Assembly (NCBI GenBank): GCA_024679065.1
Contig: JAGIQG010000029.1
Coordinates: forward strand, 17,174,001-17,238,000
Origin: Sphyrna mokarran
Lineage: Eukaryota
DNA: 64,000 bases
Direction of reading: 5' to 3'
The position numbers were made by a program, and so were the translations under genes. Under the pieces are notes generated by a model. It saw nothing but the letters and a program-made list of their open reading frames with translations, searched no databases and was not told the DNA's origin. This document shows positions 1-11,862 of the stretch, one piece after another; the stretch's first letter is position 1; every line of letters begins with the position of its first letter.

Positions 1-150
1 TGTTCATAATGTGGCCAAGCAGGTTGATTATCAGCCTCTAAGTCCTTCCAACAACAGTGGGCAAGAGCGGGAGAATTTCCTGGTTCAGCCATATGGCAGA
101 AGGAAACAGCAAATGACTGCAGTACTTTGCCAAACATAATCATGGACCCA
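1..150 (+). mobile_element. SINE fragment with RTE/Bov-A-like segment
   Basis: gcagaaggaaacagcaaatgactgcagtactttgcc...atcatggac resembles the recalled RTE motif GGAGAAGGAAATGGCAACCCACTCCAGTATTCTTGCC...CATGGAC; related sequence with a tRNA-like head at about 47755-47960. Confidence 0.4.
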
Positions 151-710
151 TCCAACTGAAGTCAACAATCACCAATATTCTCTTAGGGTATGGAACCTGA
201 AGGAGGAAGAGATGTTGGATGGGAATGGGATTGGGCAGACTAAGTGGAAAGTGTTGGGAGTGTTGCCAGCAATGGTGTAATAACACATTTTCACTTTCAT
301 ATATTGAGAAGGAAAATGAGAACAGTTGCAGTTGTGAAATTGCAAAATTCTCAAACTGATATTCTACATACCAACCACACACAAAAAAATTCCTTAAAGT
401 CTCTCTCGGTTGAAACACCTCAAATAAATCAGAGGTATTAAGTGTCAAATAATTTGTAGGTAGCCATTGATTTTAGCCACCATAATCCCAGTTACAGCGA
501 TATCTTAGACTAAATAGGACAAAAGTTTAGTAATATGTCTCGCACCCTGTGTACAATTTGTCTAGCACTCAATTACATTTCATGCTTTCAACTTGAACAG
601 GACCTATCCCCACCACACTAAGTGGGAAAACAGGCTTCCCAGAAAGTTGGGATATAGAGCTTTGATTCTGAGACATGTCTAACTGGATAAAGGAGAGGAT
701 TTCACATTGA

Positions 711-893
<183 letters not shown>

Positions 894-999
894 TAAGTTA
901 TCTTAGGACACTACATATATTATTTGCGCACATATTTTAAATATGAGTTTTTTAAGATACAGTTAAGAAAATGTAATTTTTTAATCTCACTTCTGATAT

Positions 1000-1275
1000 T
1001 CAATAGATTCAGATGGGGTGGGAAGTTTAGGGAGGATTTGAGAAAAAACTTTTTTTTACTCAGAGTGGTGACAGTCTGGAACGTAATGCCTGTAAGAGTG
1101 GTAGAGGCAGGATATCTCATCCTTTAAAAGGTATGTGGATGAGAAGTTGACACATTCAGAGTTATGGGGCAAGTACTGGTAAAGTGGAATTAGGTGGGCA
1201 AGTCGGGGCATTTCATGTGCCAGTGCAGACTTGGTGGGCAGAGGAGCCTCATCTGCACTGCAGCATTCTGGGAAG
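1000..1275 (+). mobile_element. CR1-clade LINE 3' fragment
   Basis: GGKFREDLRKNFF..RVVTVWN is the typical CR1 ORF2 C-terminus, followed by a CR1-type 3' tail. Confidence 0.8.
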
Positions 1276-2318
1276 TTAAGGATCAACTAACATTTACCAT
1301 TAACATTTTCAGCTAACTCAGATATGAACTACATTTCTGTGGACAGAATAGAGTTAGTCCATATTTGTTCATTGTTATTCAATGGCTGCAGAACACAGGC
1401 ACAATGAGTGTAATTTATATTCAGATGATTCAGAACCAACTCTATCTCCAGCTAAATCAAGCCTCTCTATTGTCTTTCTCAAACTTGTAGTTTCACAATC
1501 TCATTTGAAAGGAAGTGAATAGTTACAGTTTTCTTTTTTGATATGTTAATCAGAGGTTATATTGCTATTGCAACCCCACTGCTGTGCATGAATTTAATGA
1601 TCGTGGCAAAACATCATTTAATGCCATTTAAAAAAGTCATGTTTTTCATAGCCTATGTTTTGATTGTGCTGGAGGCTTACAGAGCTCAGTAGGGAAGAAG
1701 AATGAGAATTGACATTTGGTTGACTCCTATTGAATCTGTTAAGGGGTTGGCAGTAACCTGGATCTCTCAATCAATTGGAGCGGGAGGCGGGTGGAAGCAA
1801 CCTCTGTTCAAAATAATCATGTTCAGACACTTTTAGAGAGGCTGTTCTATTGACATTCAAGTTTTCATTTTTTGACATAAAATATACCTTAAAAGAAAGG
1901 CAAATCTCATGATTGAGGGTTAATATCCAGCATAAAAACCAGTAGTCCAAGAAACACAGGCTGAGAAATTTGACCTTTTAATATCATTGCAAGAGCCTAT
2001 ATTTGATTGTGCTCACTGGCTCGATGATAATGAGGCCTGAGCCCAGTATCACATGCATCTCAGGCATGCTTTAACTTCTAGGCTACAGGAAGAGGTCTGG
2101 GTCTTCTAGGTCTGCTCACTAGACTTAGAGTCAGGCACTTAAAGTTATTCTTTTAAATTATTTCACTTCCCTCTTTCTGTAGTTTGTTCAATAACATAAA
2201 TGGTTATTTTTTGGTATCACAAGTAAGCTTACACTAATATTGCAGTGAAATTATTGTGAAAATTCCCTAGGTTATTCTCCTTGTTATTGCTCAGTTTCAA
2301 TATTCTTGGTTCCTTTCA

Positions 2319-2628
2319 GGTGGCATGGTGGCACCGTGGCACCGTAGTTACCACTGTGCCTCAGACTGCCAGGGACCCAAGTTCAATTCCGGCCTCGGAG
2401 ACTACGTATGTGGGTCTGGGTCTGTGTTTCTGAGTCTGCATGGGTTTCCTCTGGGTGTTCATGTATCCTCTCATAATCCAAAGATGCACAGGTTTGGTTG
2501 ATTTGCCATGCTAAATTGCCCCTTAGTGTCAGAGTAAATTAATAGGGTAAATGCAAGGGGTTACAAGGATAGGGTCTGGGTGGGATTGTCGCCGGTGCTG
2601 GCTCGATCCTCTTCTCTGATTCTTTGAA
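2319..2628 (+). mobile_element. HE1-like V-SINE
   Basis: tRNA-like head (ggtggcacc...gttcaattcc), central V-domain-like gggtttcctctgggtg...ccaaagatg, CR1-like tail. Confidence 0.8.
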
Positions 2629-2737
2629 ATCATACTATATAAAAGAGATGAGGAAAGATACTTCATGGAGTTGAGTGGGCAATAATGAAAACCAACGTGT
2701 CTACATTTAGCTGTTATCAAGGCAATGGTTAAATCTA

Positions 2738-2766
2738 TACACACACACACACACATATATATATAT
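2738..2766. repeat. (AC)n(AT)n microsatellite
   Basis: acacacacacacacacatatatatata seen directly. Confidence 0.9.
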
Positions 2767-2819
2767 TTTCTGTTCACAAAATCCTGAAGATTCAAATTGA
2801 TTTCCAATTATCATTACAG

Positions 2820-2886
2820 GACAGACTACCTGGCAATACCATCTGGAAACAAAGAGAATCACTCCACAGTTCCTGTGGAAGAGTAG
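2820..2886 (+). CDS. SCN3B: Sodium channel subunit beta-3, last coding exon
   Basis: ttacag acceptor; phase matches the preceding exon; TDYLAIPSGNKENHSTVPVEE-TAG matches the recalled SCN3B C-terminus SDYLAIPSENKENSAVPVEE. Confidence 0.96.
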
Positions 2887-4851
2887 GAACTCATTCACTT
2901 TGGATAGTAGATCATTTGGTAAGAACGCAAGCGGCTGAAATGACATTTTTCTAAACTAAAATAAAGAATTTAAATTTGAAAAGTGAGAAAAGAAAGCTGG
3001 AGAATTGCCAGTTGGCACATGATATTTTATCACAGGGTATGTTGCGGGGAATTCTAAAATCTGTTTAAATTATTTACCGGGTGATTATTTAATTTCTGAG
3101 AAAACCAGATCAGGGATTCAGGTACATTCCAGCAGCAGCTGTGTTGTTGAAACAGTCTACATTTTAAATAAACCCACTCTCACATTTTACACATTAAACT
3201 TATTTTCACACAGCAACACTCCAGTTAAATGCAGGAAAAGTAATCTATTTTCCAAGAGAGCTACATACATTTGCAACTAGCCACTATCAAATGTAGTTCA
3301 TGTCGTGTTAGACAATTTTAAAGTAATGCTCAGAGGAATAAAGGTTTCAAAATAAGCAAGCGGAATAAATGAGAGATCCAGCATTTCACTGAACACAGAC
3401 TGCTGATCATAGATCAGATTGCAATCTTTGTGAATCTGAATACCAGTGGCTGAATGTAACTGGTGAAGGATAATTAGTAGTAGATTGAGATTTCTGCTTC
3501 AGGGGTGAAAGAAAGAAATTCCAGATCTTCTCTTCAAAGTTTGCCATATCTCAGATCAGTCTGGGAAATGACAAGCGTAAATTGTATATGGCCTGTTGGA
3601 AGAAGTGAGCTTGGAAAGCCAAACGCCCTCTCCTTTTTCCACATTTAGTTGTGTTCTTGTCTCCAGCTGCAAAACATCCACGCGAGAGAAAACATAGATG
3701 TGAACTAAATTTGGAAAGTGATGAAAAGTGTACTGTTGTCTGTGAATACACTTTTTAATTAAAAAAAAGACAGCATGTGTGATAAATCTTTGCACAATTG
3801 ACAACATCTCCCACTCACTGGACTTCACTCCGACCGGTCTTCATCAGGTTTTCAACATCTGAACCAATTTGACATTTTTCCTAACACACTAAGTAAGAGT
3901 TTATTTCACATGAGAGGAAGGTAACTTATACCAGGGTGTATTCATGAGGTTTCTAGAATATGAAAATCCACCTTGGGTTTTGAAAAATCAGCAGTAATTA
4001 TCATTCCAGCACAGATACTAATTCATGTTCACTTTGTTTTACAACCTAGGCATGCGTTGTACTGATCTGATTTGTATGAATAGTTGTATGAGGGAGCTGG
4101 ACCTAGATCTTCAGGTGTTATCCAGTAGAACATTTCAGAGAGGTCATCAATTATAATCTCACTAGTGCAACAGAATTTTCAGAATGTATGCAGTACATGA
4201 AATATGATTCTGTTAATGCAAAGTTATATAATTTAATTGATCTTTTCTGAATGTGTTCTTGCTGACACAGCTGGCATTAATGTACCACTTCTGATCACAG
4301 AATGTGTTATCAGTCATTTATTACCAATGTGAGTGTTGTGCACAATGACATTAATTAAATCTGTGCTACCTAGTCAAAAACAGACAGAAATATTTTTGAG
4401 TTACATCGTGGAAGGGGAAACTGTTAGTTTGTCAAAGTGTGACCCTGGTGAATTTTCAACACAATTTTCTGTTTCCAGGCTTTACTATCAGTATGCAAAT
4501 GATATAGCCTGTTAAGCTGCAGCTCCAGTTTGTATACATGGACCTGTAGTTAGCAAAGTTTTCAAAAATCAGTAATTTGAACACCTAGTTGATAAATCAG
4601 AATAAATTTATTACATTGACCTCTCTATTTTGCAGAATTAAACATCAATTGCAAAGAAATGATTTTGCTTCCACAGAATTAATGCTTAGTGCAAAATTCT
4701 CTGTTTTTATATTTAATTGGTGAACCTCAGAAACATATACACCAAATATACCAATGGTGAAAATTGCTTCCTTTGGTTCAGATTGGTTATACCTTTAATG
4801 CAGAGAATTTCTCAACCCTTAACTAAGAGAAAAATCAAACATATCAATATA

Positions 4852-4980
4852 AGCTGGAATTCTCCAGCCATTCACGTCCCACTACTGCTGCTAGCGAGAA
4901 TTTGGCACTCAGCCAAATCTTCATCCAGCAGAGTGCAATGAGATAATCCCACCTAGGGGCGAGGTAGGGGAATCTGACCC
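4852..4980 (+). mobile_element. About 135-bp MITE-like element (family also at 7869, 48450, 50787)
   Basis: Shared core gagaatttggcactcagccaaatct and imperfect terminal inverted ends. Confidence 0.55.
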
Positions 4981-5529
4981 GTTGTCTTCGTGCTCACAGG
5001 TAAGAAGTGAGATAATTATATGTCAGAAACACTCATCTCTGAGTTAAGCTAACCTTGTATTTTACAAAATGTTTACTTAACTAACAGATGTGTTACAAAT
5101 GTACAAAAATGTTGGCTGGAAAGACCTGCCCAACTTCATGATGCCTGGCTAAAACCCTGATAGGAAACTTCCTACTATCCCTACCCCTCCCAGTTAGCAG
5201 CCTTGCAATACATAGGATGAGGAAATAAAAATGAAATGAAACTCAAGGTCAAACAGGATTAGAAAATTCTTCTCTAACTCTCCTCAGATAGTCATAATCA
5301 GACCAGCATATCACATCAGCCATGGTCATGTGAACTGTTAAATCTCTTACCTTTAATCTTTTGTGATCATTGCCTCAACAAAGAACAGGTTGGTTTAAAT
5401 TTTCAGCATTTGTAGTTCTGCACATTTCTTCAGTTCATCGTGTTTCTAAGGAAATAGCATTTAATTATATTAAATAGAAAAAAATCAATGGCAAAAGAAT
5501 TTTACTTTGTTACGTTAAAGTTTAATAGA

Positions 5530-5920
5530 AACGCTGAACTACATTGGCTCCTGATTAAGCAACGTTTCAATTTTAAGGTTCCTATTTTGGTTTTCAAATC
5601 TTTTCATGACCAAGCCCCTCCTTATCTTCATAACCTTCTTCAGCCCTGCACTCCTCTGAGATTCCTGTGTCTCATCAATTTTGTCCATTGTGACTCTACT
5701 TTCAGCTGCAAAGGCCTGAAACTCTGTACTACTTTTCTTCAACCTCTCCATCCAACTTTAGAATGCTCCTCAAAACCTCTCTTCGATTAAGAGCCTTTGC
5801 TCATCTCTCTTACAATTTAAGGAAGCTTGGTGTTAAAGTTCATATGATAATACTCCTGTGAAACTTCTTGGGAATGTTCATTATGTTAAAGGTGCGATAT
5901 TAATACAAGTTGTTATTGCG
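5530..5920 (+). mobile_element. L2-clade LINE 3' fragment
   Basis: LHWLLIKQRFNFKVPILVFKSFHDQAPPYL is the L2 ORF2 C-terminal motif (LHWLP..RI.FK..L..K....APPYL); ends in gttaaaggtgcgatattaatacaagttgttattg. Confidence 0.8.
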
Positions 5921-7445
5921 TACCTAGTGGGCTCTTTCCATAGAATTATGAAATGCTTCTGGCAGTTTCCTTGCTGTGAAATATGGGTGGAATGTAGATT
6001 TGATACCTTGTAAAATTTCTTTCTCTTCTCTAAGTCAATGACTGACTTTTATTTGTTTAGGTTCTGCAACCCCCCAGGAAGATCAGCCACTAGCATTGCT
6101 ATCAACTGAAGTGTTGTGAAGCAGAGAAAAACAAGTTTATAGAACTGTTTGGTTTGGATTCCATGCAGCCTTTTCTAATATCCTCACAATTTATAAACCA
6201 TAGACAAGTCATCACTTAAAATCTGAGGTATCTTTTACAAAAAGGTCTTTGTGCATCATTTGAACTTTTTAATTTCTAACTTTTTTGGATTAGCCAATTT
6301 CCAAATTTAATGGCCAAATGATTTTGCCAAAGGAGGATTTGGATAGAATTAATTCCAAGTTGATAGTCTAGATATGAGTCTATTTGCAAATGGTATGTAG
6401 GCTCACCCAAAGTCTATTGGCTTGTCTTGAATCTTATTAGAATTTTCAGCTCACATCATTGATAAATAATTTTATTTATTTTATAAATAATAATTCCACG
6501 AGAGAATCAGACATGAGTTCTTTATATCATTTTCTGCTCCAAATTGTACGCATTTGTCCGCAATTTAAAGACGGGCGATCTGCTGAAATCGCTGGAGTAT
6601 TTCAATTATCAAACTAGTGGTGAAAGAGCGGGGGTGTGGGGGTTGTATTATATTGTGATGAATAATTTAAGGTCACTTCCAATTTTTTTGATCGTCGGTG
6701 TAATTCTGAGGCCTATTAATGACCATCATCTTTTAGCCATGAACACTTCTTTTGTAGAAAAGTGTTAAAAGAGCTAATTGCTGAAAATTTTTATAAGAAG
6801 CAGTTACTCTCTGTAGTTCTTTTATGGTACTTGGACACACTGCTAATCAAGTGTTATTTGTGAGTATGATGTTTCAAATTGCAAATGTGGAAATCACACA
6901 TAGCGTGATTGGTTCTATTCTATGGGCTGGTACATCCAATTGCTGCATTTCCTGAAATATGACATTTGTTAGTGTTATCATTTACCCGTCTAATTAAATA
7001 GCTAGGAGAGATAATTGAAACCTACTTACACAGCAACACTACAGTAAGCAACAGTGAAGTAAATAAGAGGCAAAGGAATGTGATTTAATCCAATTTGTTC
7101 CATATTAAATCGTTTTTCCACACCAGTTTAGTAGACTGCAATTCCTTCATAATGTTTTGAATTAAAAAACTGGCTCATGTTGAAACAATTCATATTTTTC
7201 TAATGTCTTAAAATTGTACCGACATCTATTAGTCCTTTGTCTTTGAATTCAATATAAAGAGCCTCCAACTTATTAATTACTTTGATTACCTTAACCACTC
7301 AAGTTTCCCAGATGTGCACTTTTTTCAAATATTGTTAGTAACTAAACATTGTGAGGCTAATCTTGTAAAGTGACAAGTAACATCTAAAACAAAGATCTTT
7401 CTTTATACCGTCTCAATGCAACAGCATGCATTTGGAGTTGTGGTT

Positions 7446-7762
7446 TCATAGAATCGCTAAATACAGCATAAAGCCATTTGACCCATTGAGTCTGTATCAA
7501 CCACAATCCTACCCAGACCCTATTCCCTAACTCCATGCATTTAGCCTGCTAATCCCCCTGACAATAAGGGGCAATTCAGCTTAGCAATCAACCTAACCCA
7601 CACATTTTGGACTGTGGGAGGAAACCTAAGCGCCCGAAGGAAACCTATGCAGACACGGGAGACTATGCAAACTCCACACAGTCAGTGACCCGAGACCAGA
7701 ATTGAACCTGGGTCCCTGGCGCTGTCAGGCGGCAGTGCTAACCATTGTGCCACCATGTGCCC
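7446..7762 (-). mobile_element. HE1-like V-SINE
   Basis: Full-length reverse-complement copy of the 2319 and 52037 element. Confidence 0.85.
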
Positions 7763-7868
7763 ATGGTGTAGTTACCAAAGGCGGCTGTAGCATACAAGGT
7801 ATAATCCAAATTTCAAAGGTTTCTCATAGCTACAGAAATAAAATGTAACAAATTGTATAGAACACAAT

Positions 7869-8007
7869 GGGCATGATCTTACCTGCTGTTCATGTCACAC
7901 TCCCACTGCAATGAGATGAAGAATTTGGTGGCTAGCCAAATCTCTGTTTAGTGCAGCGGGATGGGAAAATCCCACCAACTGACGTGAATGGTGGTAACTT
8001 TTAGGCC
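7869..8007 (+). mobile_element. MITE-like element (4852 family)
   Basis: Core gaatttggtggctagccaaatctc...gcagcgggatgggaaaatcccacc. Confidence 0.5.
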
Positions 8008-9001
8008 TTAGAGTGAAGGAGATTTTCATCTGGAAATACTTAAAGATATTGTGGAAAAGCACATATTTTCATATCCTTAAATCATTTCAGACAGTACAAA
8101 GTGTATTGTCTGATTTTTGATAGCAACAGTTATATATCAATTCCACATAGATGGCAGGTTATGCTTAAATCTAATAGAATTTTTAAATAATTCCTTGATC
8201 ATTAAAAACTAGCTATTAAACAAGGTAACTGACACAGATTGCTGAAGGTTGCAGGGGAATGTTATTGCAGCAGTTTTAAAGAAATCAGTGTCAGACTTCT
8301 GGTTTTGTGAACCCTAGCTAAGGATCTTCATTATTATTGACTTGTCCCCTTGTGTAGCACCACCATAGTGAAAAGTATTCTCAAGTATGTTGACCAGAAA
8401 TACTATCATGATTTGGAAAATCACAACAAATGATATTTAGGATTTGAGAGTCAATTATTAAACTTCTAGGATAAACTTACTCAAAGTAAGATCTTGCCAG
8501 TAATATTGTTAAAGATGGTTAAAAAAAAAGATCTTGCATTTTTACAGCACCTTTCACATTGTCAAGGTAACCAAAAGCACTCCACAGATAATGCCCAAAA
8601 TTGCTTATTTTGATCAAACCAAATATCTTCACCCAAAGTTAAAGACGGTCAGCAATTAGTGCCAATTATTGCAATTCAGGGCATCGATTAAATTCTGCTT
8701 TGCATTAACAAGGATGGTAGAATCTTTTTCCCCCAAATCGAGATAAGCAGACTGACATAAAAATATTACTCTGAAATTAACTCACTTCAAAATAGTAGTG
8801 AAATAAAAAATTTAGTAATTAAATGTGTAAATCGTACATTTAATGTTAATAATATAGCTTCAAATAAATATAAAGTAGTAAGTTAATTTAAACTTAAAAT
8901 TCTACGATTAATTGATTCAACTGTAAATTGATATAATTTTACTGCGTCAAGATTGGTGTGATCAGGTCATTTTTGCATGACATGCCATTCTGAGTATGAT
9001 A

Positions 9002-9277
9002 AGGGTGGCATAATAGTTAGCACTGCTGCCTCAACGCCAGGGACCTGGGTTCGATTCCTGGCTGGGATCACTGTCTGTGCAGAGTCTGCATGTTCTCCCA
9101 GCATTTCCTCTGGGTGCTCTGGTTTCCTCCCACAGTCTGAAAAACGTGCTGATTAGGTGCACTGATCGTACTAAATTCTCCCTCGATGTACCCAAATAGG
9201 CGTCAGACTGTGGCGACTAGGAGATTTTTCACTATTTTCATTGCAGCGTTAATGTAAGTCCACTTGTGATACTAAAT
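9002..9277 (+). mobile_element. HE1-like SINE with alternative (Rex1-like) tail
   Basis: Same head and V domain as the other copies, but the tail is gcgactaggag...ttcattgcagcgttaatgtaagtccacttgtgatactaaa. Confidence 0.75.
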
Positions 9278-9804
9278 TAACCTAAATTTAACATTTTGGG
9301 TTCAGCTTTGCCTTACTAGATTTATTGGCTATTTGAAATATAATGTTTGAGAAGTGACAAAGGTATATGAAAACCATTGTCTAGTTGTAAAAAGATAAGT
9401 GTACCTTTTCACTTTCTCTCCTCAGTGATGCTTCTTTTTGTTCTCCTCTAATCAGTTTCACTGTTTGTTTGTTTTTAAGGTCAAGCTTATCCACAATTTG
9501 AAAATTCATTAGATCAGCTCACAGAATTAGATGCACAGAGTTTACAAGTTGTTTCCTCATAATGTACAAAAATATTTTACTGAACCTCAAGGCTTGGTGA
9601 ATTTAAACTGGAAAAGAAATATCCAATTAAAAACAAACACAAAGAAGTGCCAATTTAACATTGGGAATTTTGTCTTCATTAAGAAAAGGTATGTCAGTGC
9701 CAAGCAAGGGAGCTTTGAGCATCAAATATTAGCATCAAGCAGATTGAGTTCCCAGAACCCGTAACCCTCCTACCACCCAAAAAGACAAAGGTGGAAAATG
9801 GATC

Positions 9805-10245
9805 CAAATTTCCATTCAGGACATACCATCCTGACTTGGACATTTACTGCTGTTCCTCCATTGCCGCTGGGTCAAAATCTTGGAACTCTCTATCCATCAG
9901 CACTGTAAGAAGTCTCACAACAGCAGATTAAATTCAACAGGTATATTTGGCATTACAAGCTTTCAAAGTGCTGCTCCTTCATCAGGTGAATGCAGGTGAA
10001 GGAGTAGCGCTCTGAAAGCTCGTGATTTCTAACAAACCTGTTGGCCTTTATCTGATATTGTGAGACTTCTAACTATGCCCACCCCAGTCCAACGCTGGCA
10101 ACTCCACATCACAACAGCACTGTGGCAGTACTGTCACTGCACAGACTGCAGCAATTTTGTGGTGGAGACTCACTGCTACCTTCTCCAGGGCAATAAGCGA
10201 TGAGGAATAAATGCTGGCCTTACCAGTGACACCCTCATCATATTT
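9805..10245 (+). mobile_element. LINE 3' tail fragment interrupted by a fold-back insertion
   Basis: gggtcaaaatcttggaactc...cagcactgt [insert] ggcag...ccttctccagggcaat...aataaatgctggcc; same tail family as 43850 and 26020. Confidence 0.65.
9907..10111. mobile_element. Fold-back Penelope-like non-autonomous element with hammerhead motif (family A)
   Basis: Inverted arms around about 9990; 12-bp TSD catcagcactgt (9895-9906) / caacagcactgt (10112-10123); CUGAUGA...GAAA core on the minus strand at 9954-9988. Confidence 0.7.
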
Positions 10246-10344
10246 ATTAAAAACAAAGTATTACATAATCATAAGCATAAAAAGATTATCCTCTGTGCCC
10301 CCAAAAGGATGCCTCGATTCAAACTCAGAAAAAAGCTAAATATT

Positions 10345-10545
10345 GTAGATGCTGGAATTTAAAACAGAAATACAAAATGCTGGAAAATCTCAGCAAAGTC
10401 TGATAGCATCTGTGGAGAGAGAATGGAGTCAACATTTCAAATCTGGTCATCTGGATGACGGTAGTCGTCGAAATGTTGGCTCTATTCTCTCTCCAAAGAT
10501 GCTGAAAGACCTTGCTGAGATTTTCCAGCATTTTGTGTTTTTGTT
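10345..10545. mobile_element. Fold-back element family B (probably Penelope-derived)
   Basis: Arms caaaatgctggaaaatctcagcaa...atctgtggagagagaatggagtcaacatttc / gaaatgttggctctattctctctccaaagatgct...ttgctgagattttccagcattttg. Confidence 0.65.
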
Positions 10546-11189
10546 CCCAAACTCAGAATGTTCTGCAGAGATCTTTACAATTTCATTCCAAGTTTTCTTT
10601 GGCAGATTGCCAGATTTTCAAACATGCTGGGACATAGAATGATCAGATAATGCTCATTTCTCTCTTTCCCTTCTCATATTCTTTTTCTGTTAGGAGAGAT
10701 ATTTAACCAGAAGATAATAGCATTTAAATAACAAGAGAAGGTAAGATCAGTGAATAAGTCAACCAAGTTCATTCCTATACACTTCCAACTATCTGATCTC
10801 AATGCAATCTAGATGTAGACCTACAGATGATCTTGTGGTCTCAATGTCTGTCAAATAACATATAAGAGAGAGGAAAACAAAATTAAAATATTTAATTTTC
10901 AATATCTTGTAGCTCATGATTGTTATTAGATTGCAATAATGTGCGTCTTGCAAGCTACTCGGAGCAGTTTGAGCTTTTTGTTTCAGTTTTTATGCTCACT
11001 AAGAATCTGTTCCACTTTAACTGGATACTGAAATTAAATCGAGACTAGATTCAACTGCAAATTTTACTGGGGCTTTTAGAATGCAGAAAAACAGATTGCA
11101 CATTCATTCATTCCCAAAATCCAATGTTAAAAGTTCATTTAGATATTTCAGTTGTACACCAAGCTTTCACAGAGCTGTGCTTATCAATG

Positions 11190-11390
11190 TTCATATATAC
11201 ATAAGAATATAAAGAATCGGCCATTCAGCCCCATGTGTCTACTCGCCATTTAATAAAATCATTGCTGATTTGACAGTAATCTCAAATCTGCATCCAGCCT
11301 ACTCCCAATAACCTATTACCAAGAGTCTATTCTCCTCTGCCTTAATATTCAAAGACTCTGTTTTCACTGCCTTTTCAGGAAGAAAGAGTT
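11190..11390 (-). mobile_element. CR1 3' fragment
   Basis: cataagaa...ggccattcagcccc is the reverse complement of the CR1 tail. Confidence 0.65.
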
Positions 11391-11569
11391 CCATTATATT
11401 GATATCAAAAACAGAAGAAAGGAAGGCAGAAATTAATGGATTAGTTTAAATAAATACTGTGGTTTAGAATTGTATGTTTATTGGAAGACAATTTATATTT
11501 TCTACCTATAAAAGTTGTACATTATTTTGTAGATTGCCAAGTTGGACTGGTTTTCAATTATAGTCCATT

Positions 11570-11862
11570 AGACCATAACACAGAGGAGCAGAATTGGGCC
11601 CATCAAGTTTGCTCCCCCATTCAATTGTGTCTGATATTTTTCTCATCCCATTCTCCTACTTTTTCCCCACAAACTCTGATCCCCTTATTAATCAAGAACC
11701 TACCTATCTCTGTCTTAAAGACACTCAATGACCTGGTCTCCCCAGCCTTTTGCAGCAAAGAGTTCCACAGATTCACACCTCTCTGGCTGAAGAAATTCCT
11801 CCTCATCTCTGTTTTAAAGGATTGTCCCTTTAGCCTGAGGTTGTGTCCTCTGGTTCTAGTCA
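11570..11862 (-). mobile_element. CR1 3' fragment
   Basis: ORF TRTRGHNLRLKGQSFKTEMRRNFFSQRGVNLWNSL..FKTEIGRFL. Confidence 0.88.

Larger units (their letters stand above)
2919..6060 (+). other. SCN3B: Probable 3'UTR intron of SCN3B
   Basis: Strong donor TTG|GTAAGA 32 nt after the stop. Best acceptor seen is CTGAC branch-like motif + ttttatttgtttag ending at 6060. The acceptor choice is inferred. Confidence 0.5.
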
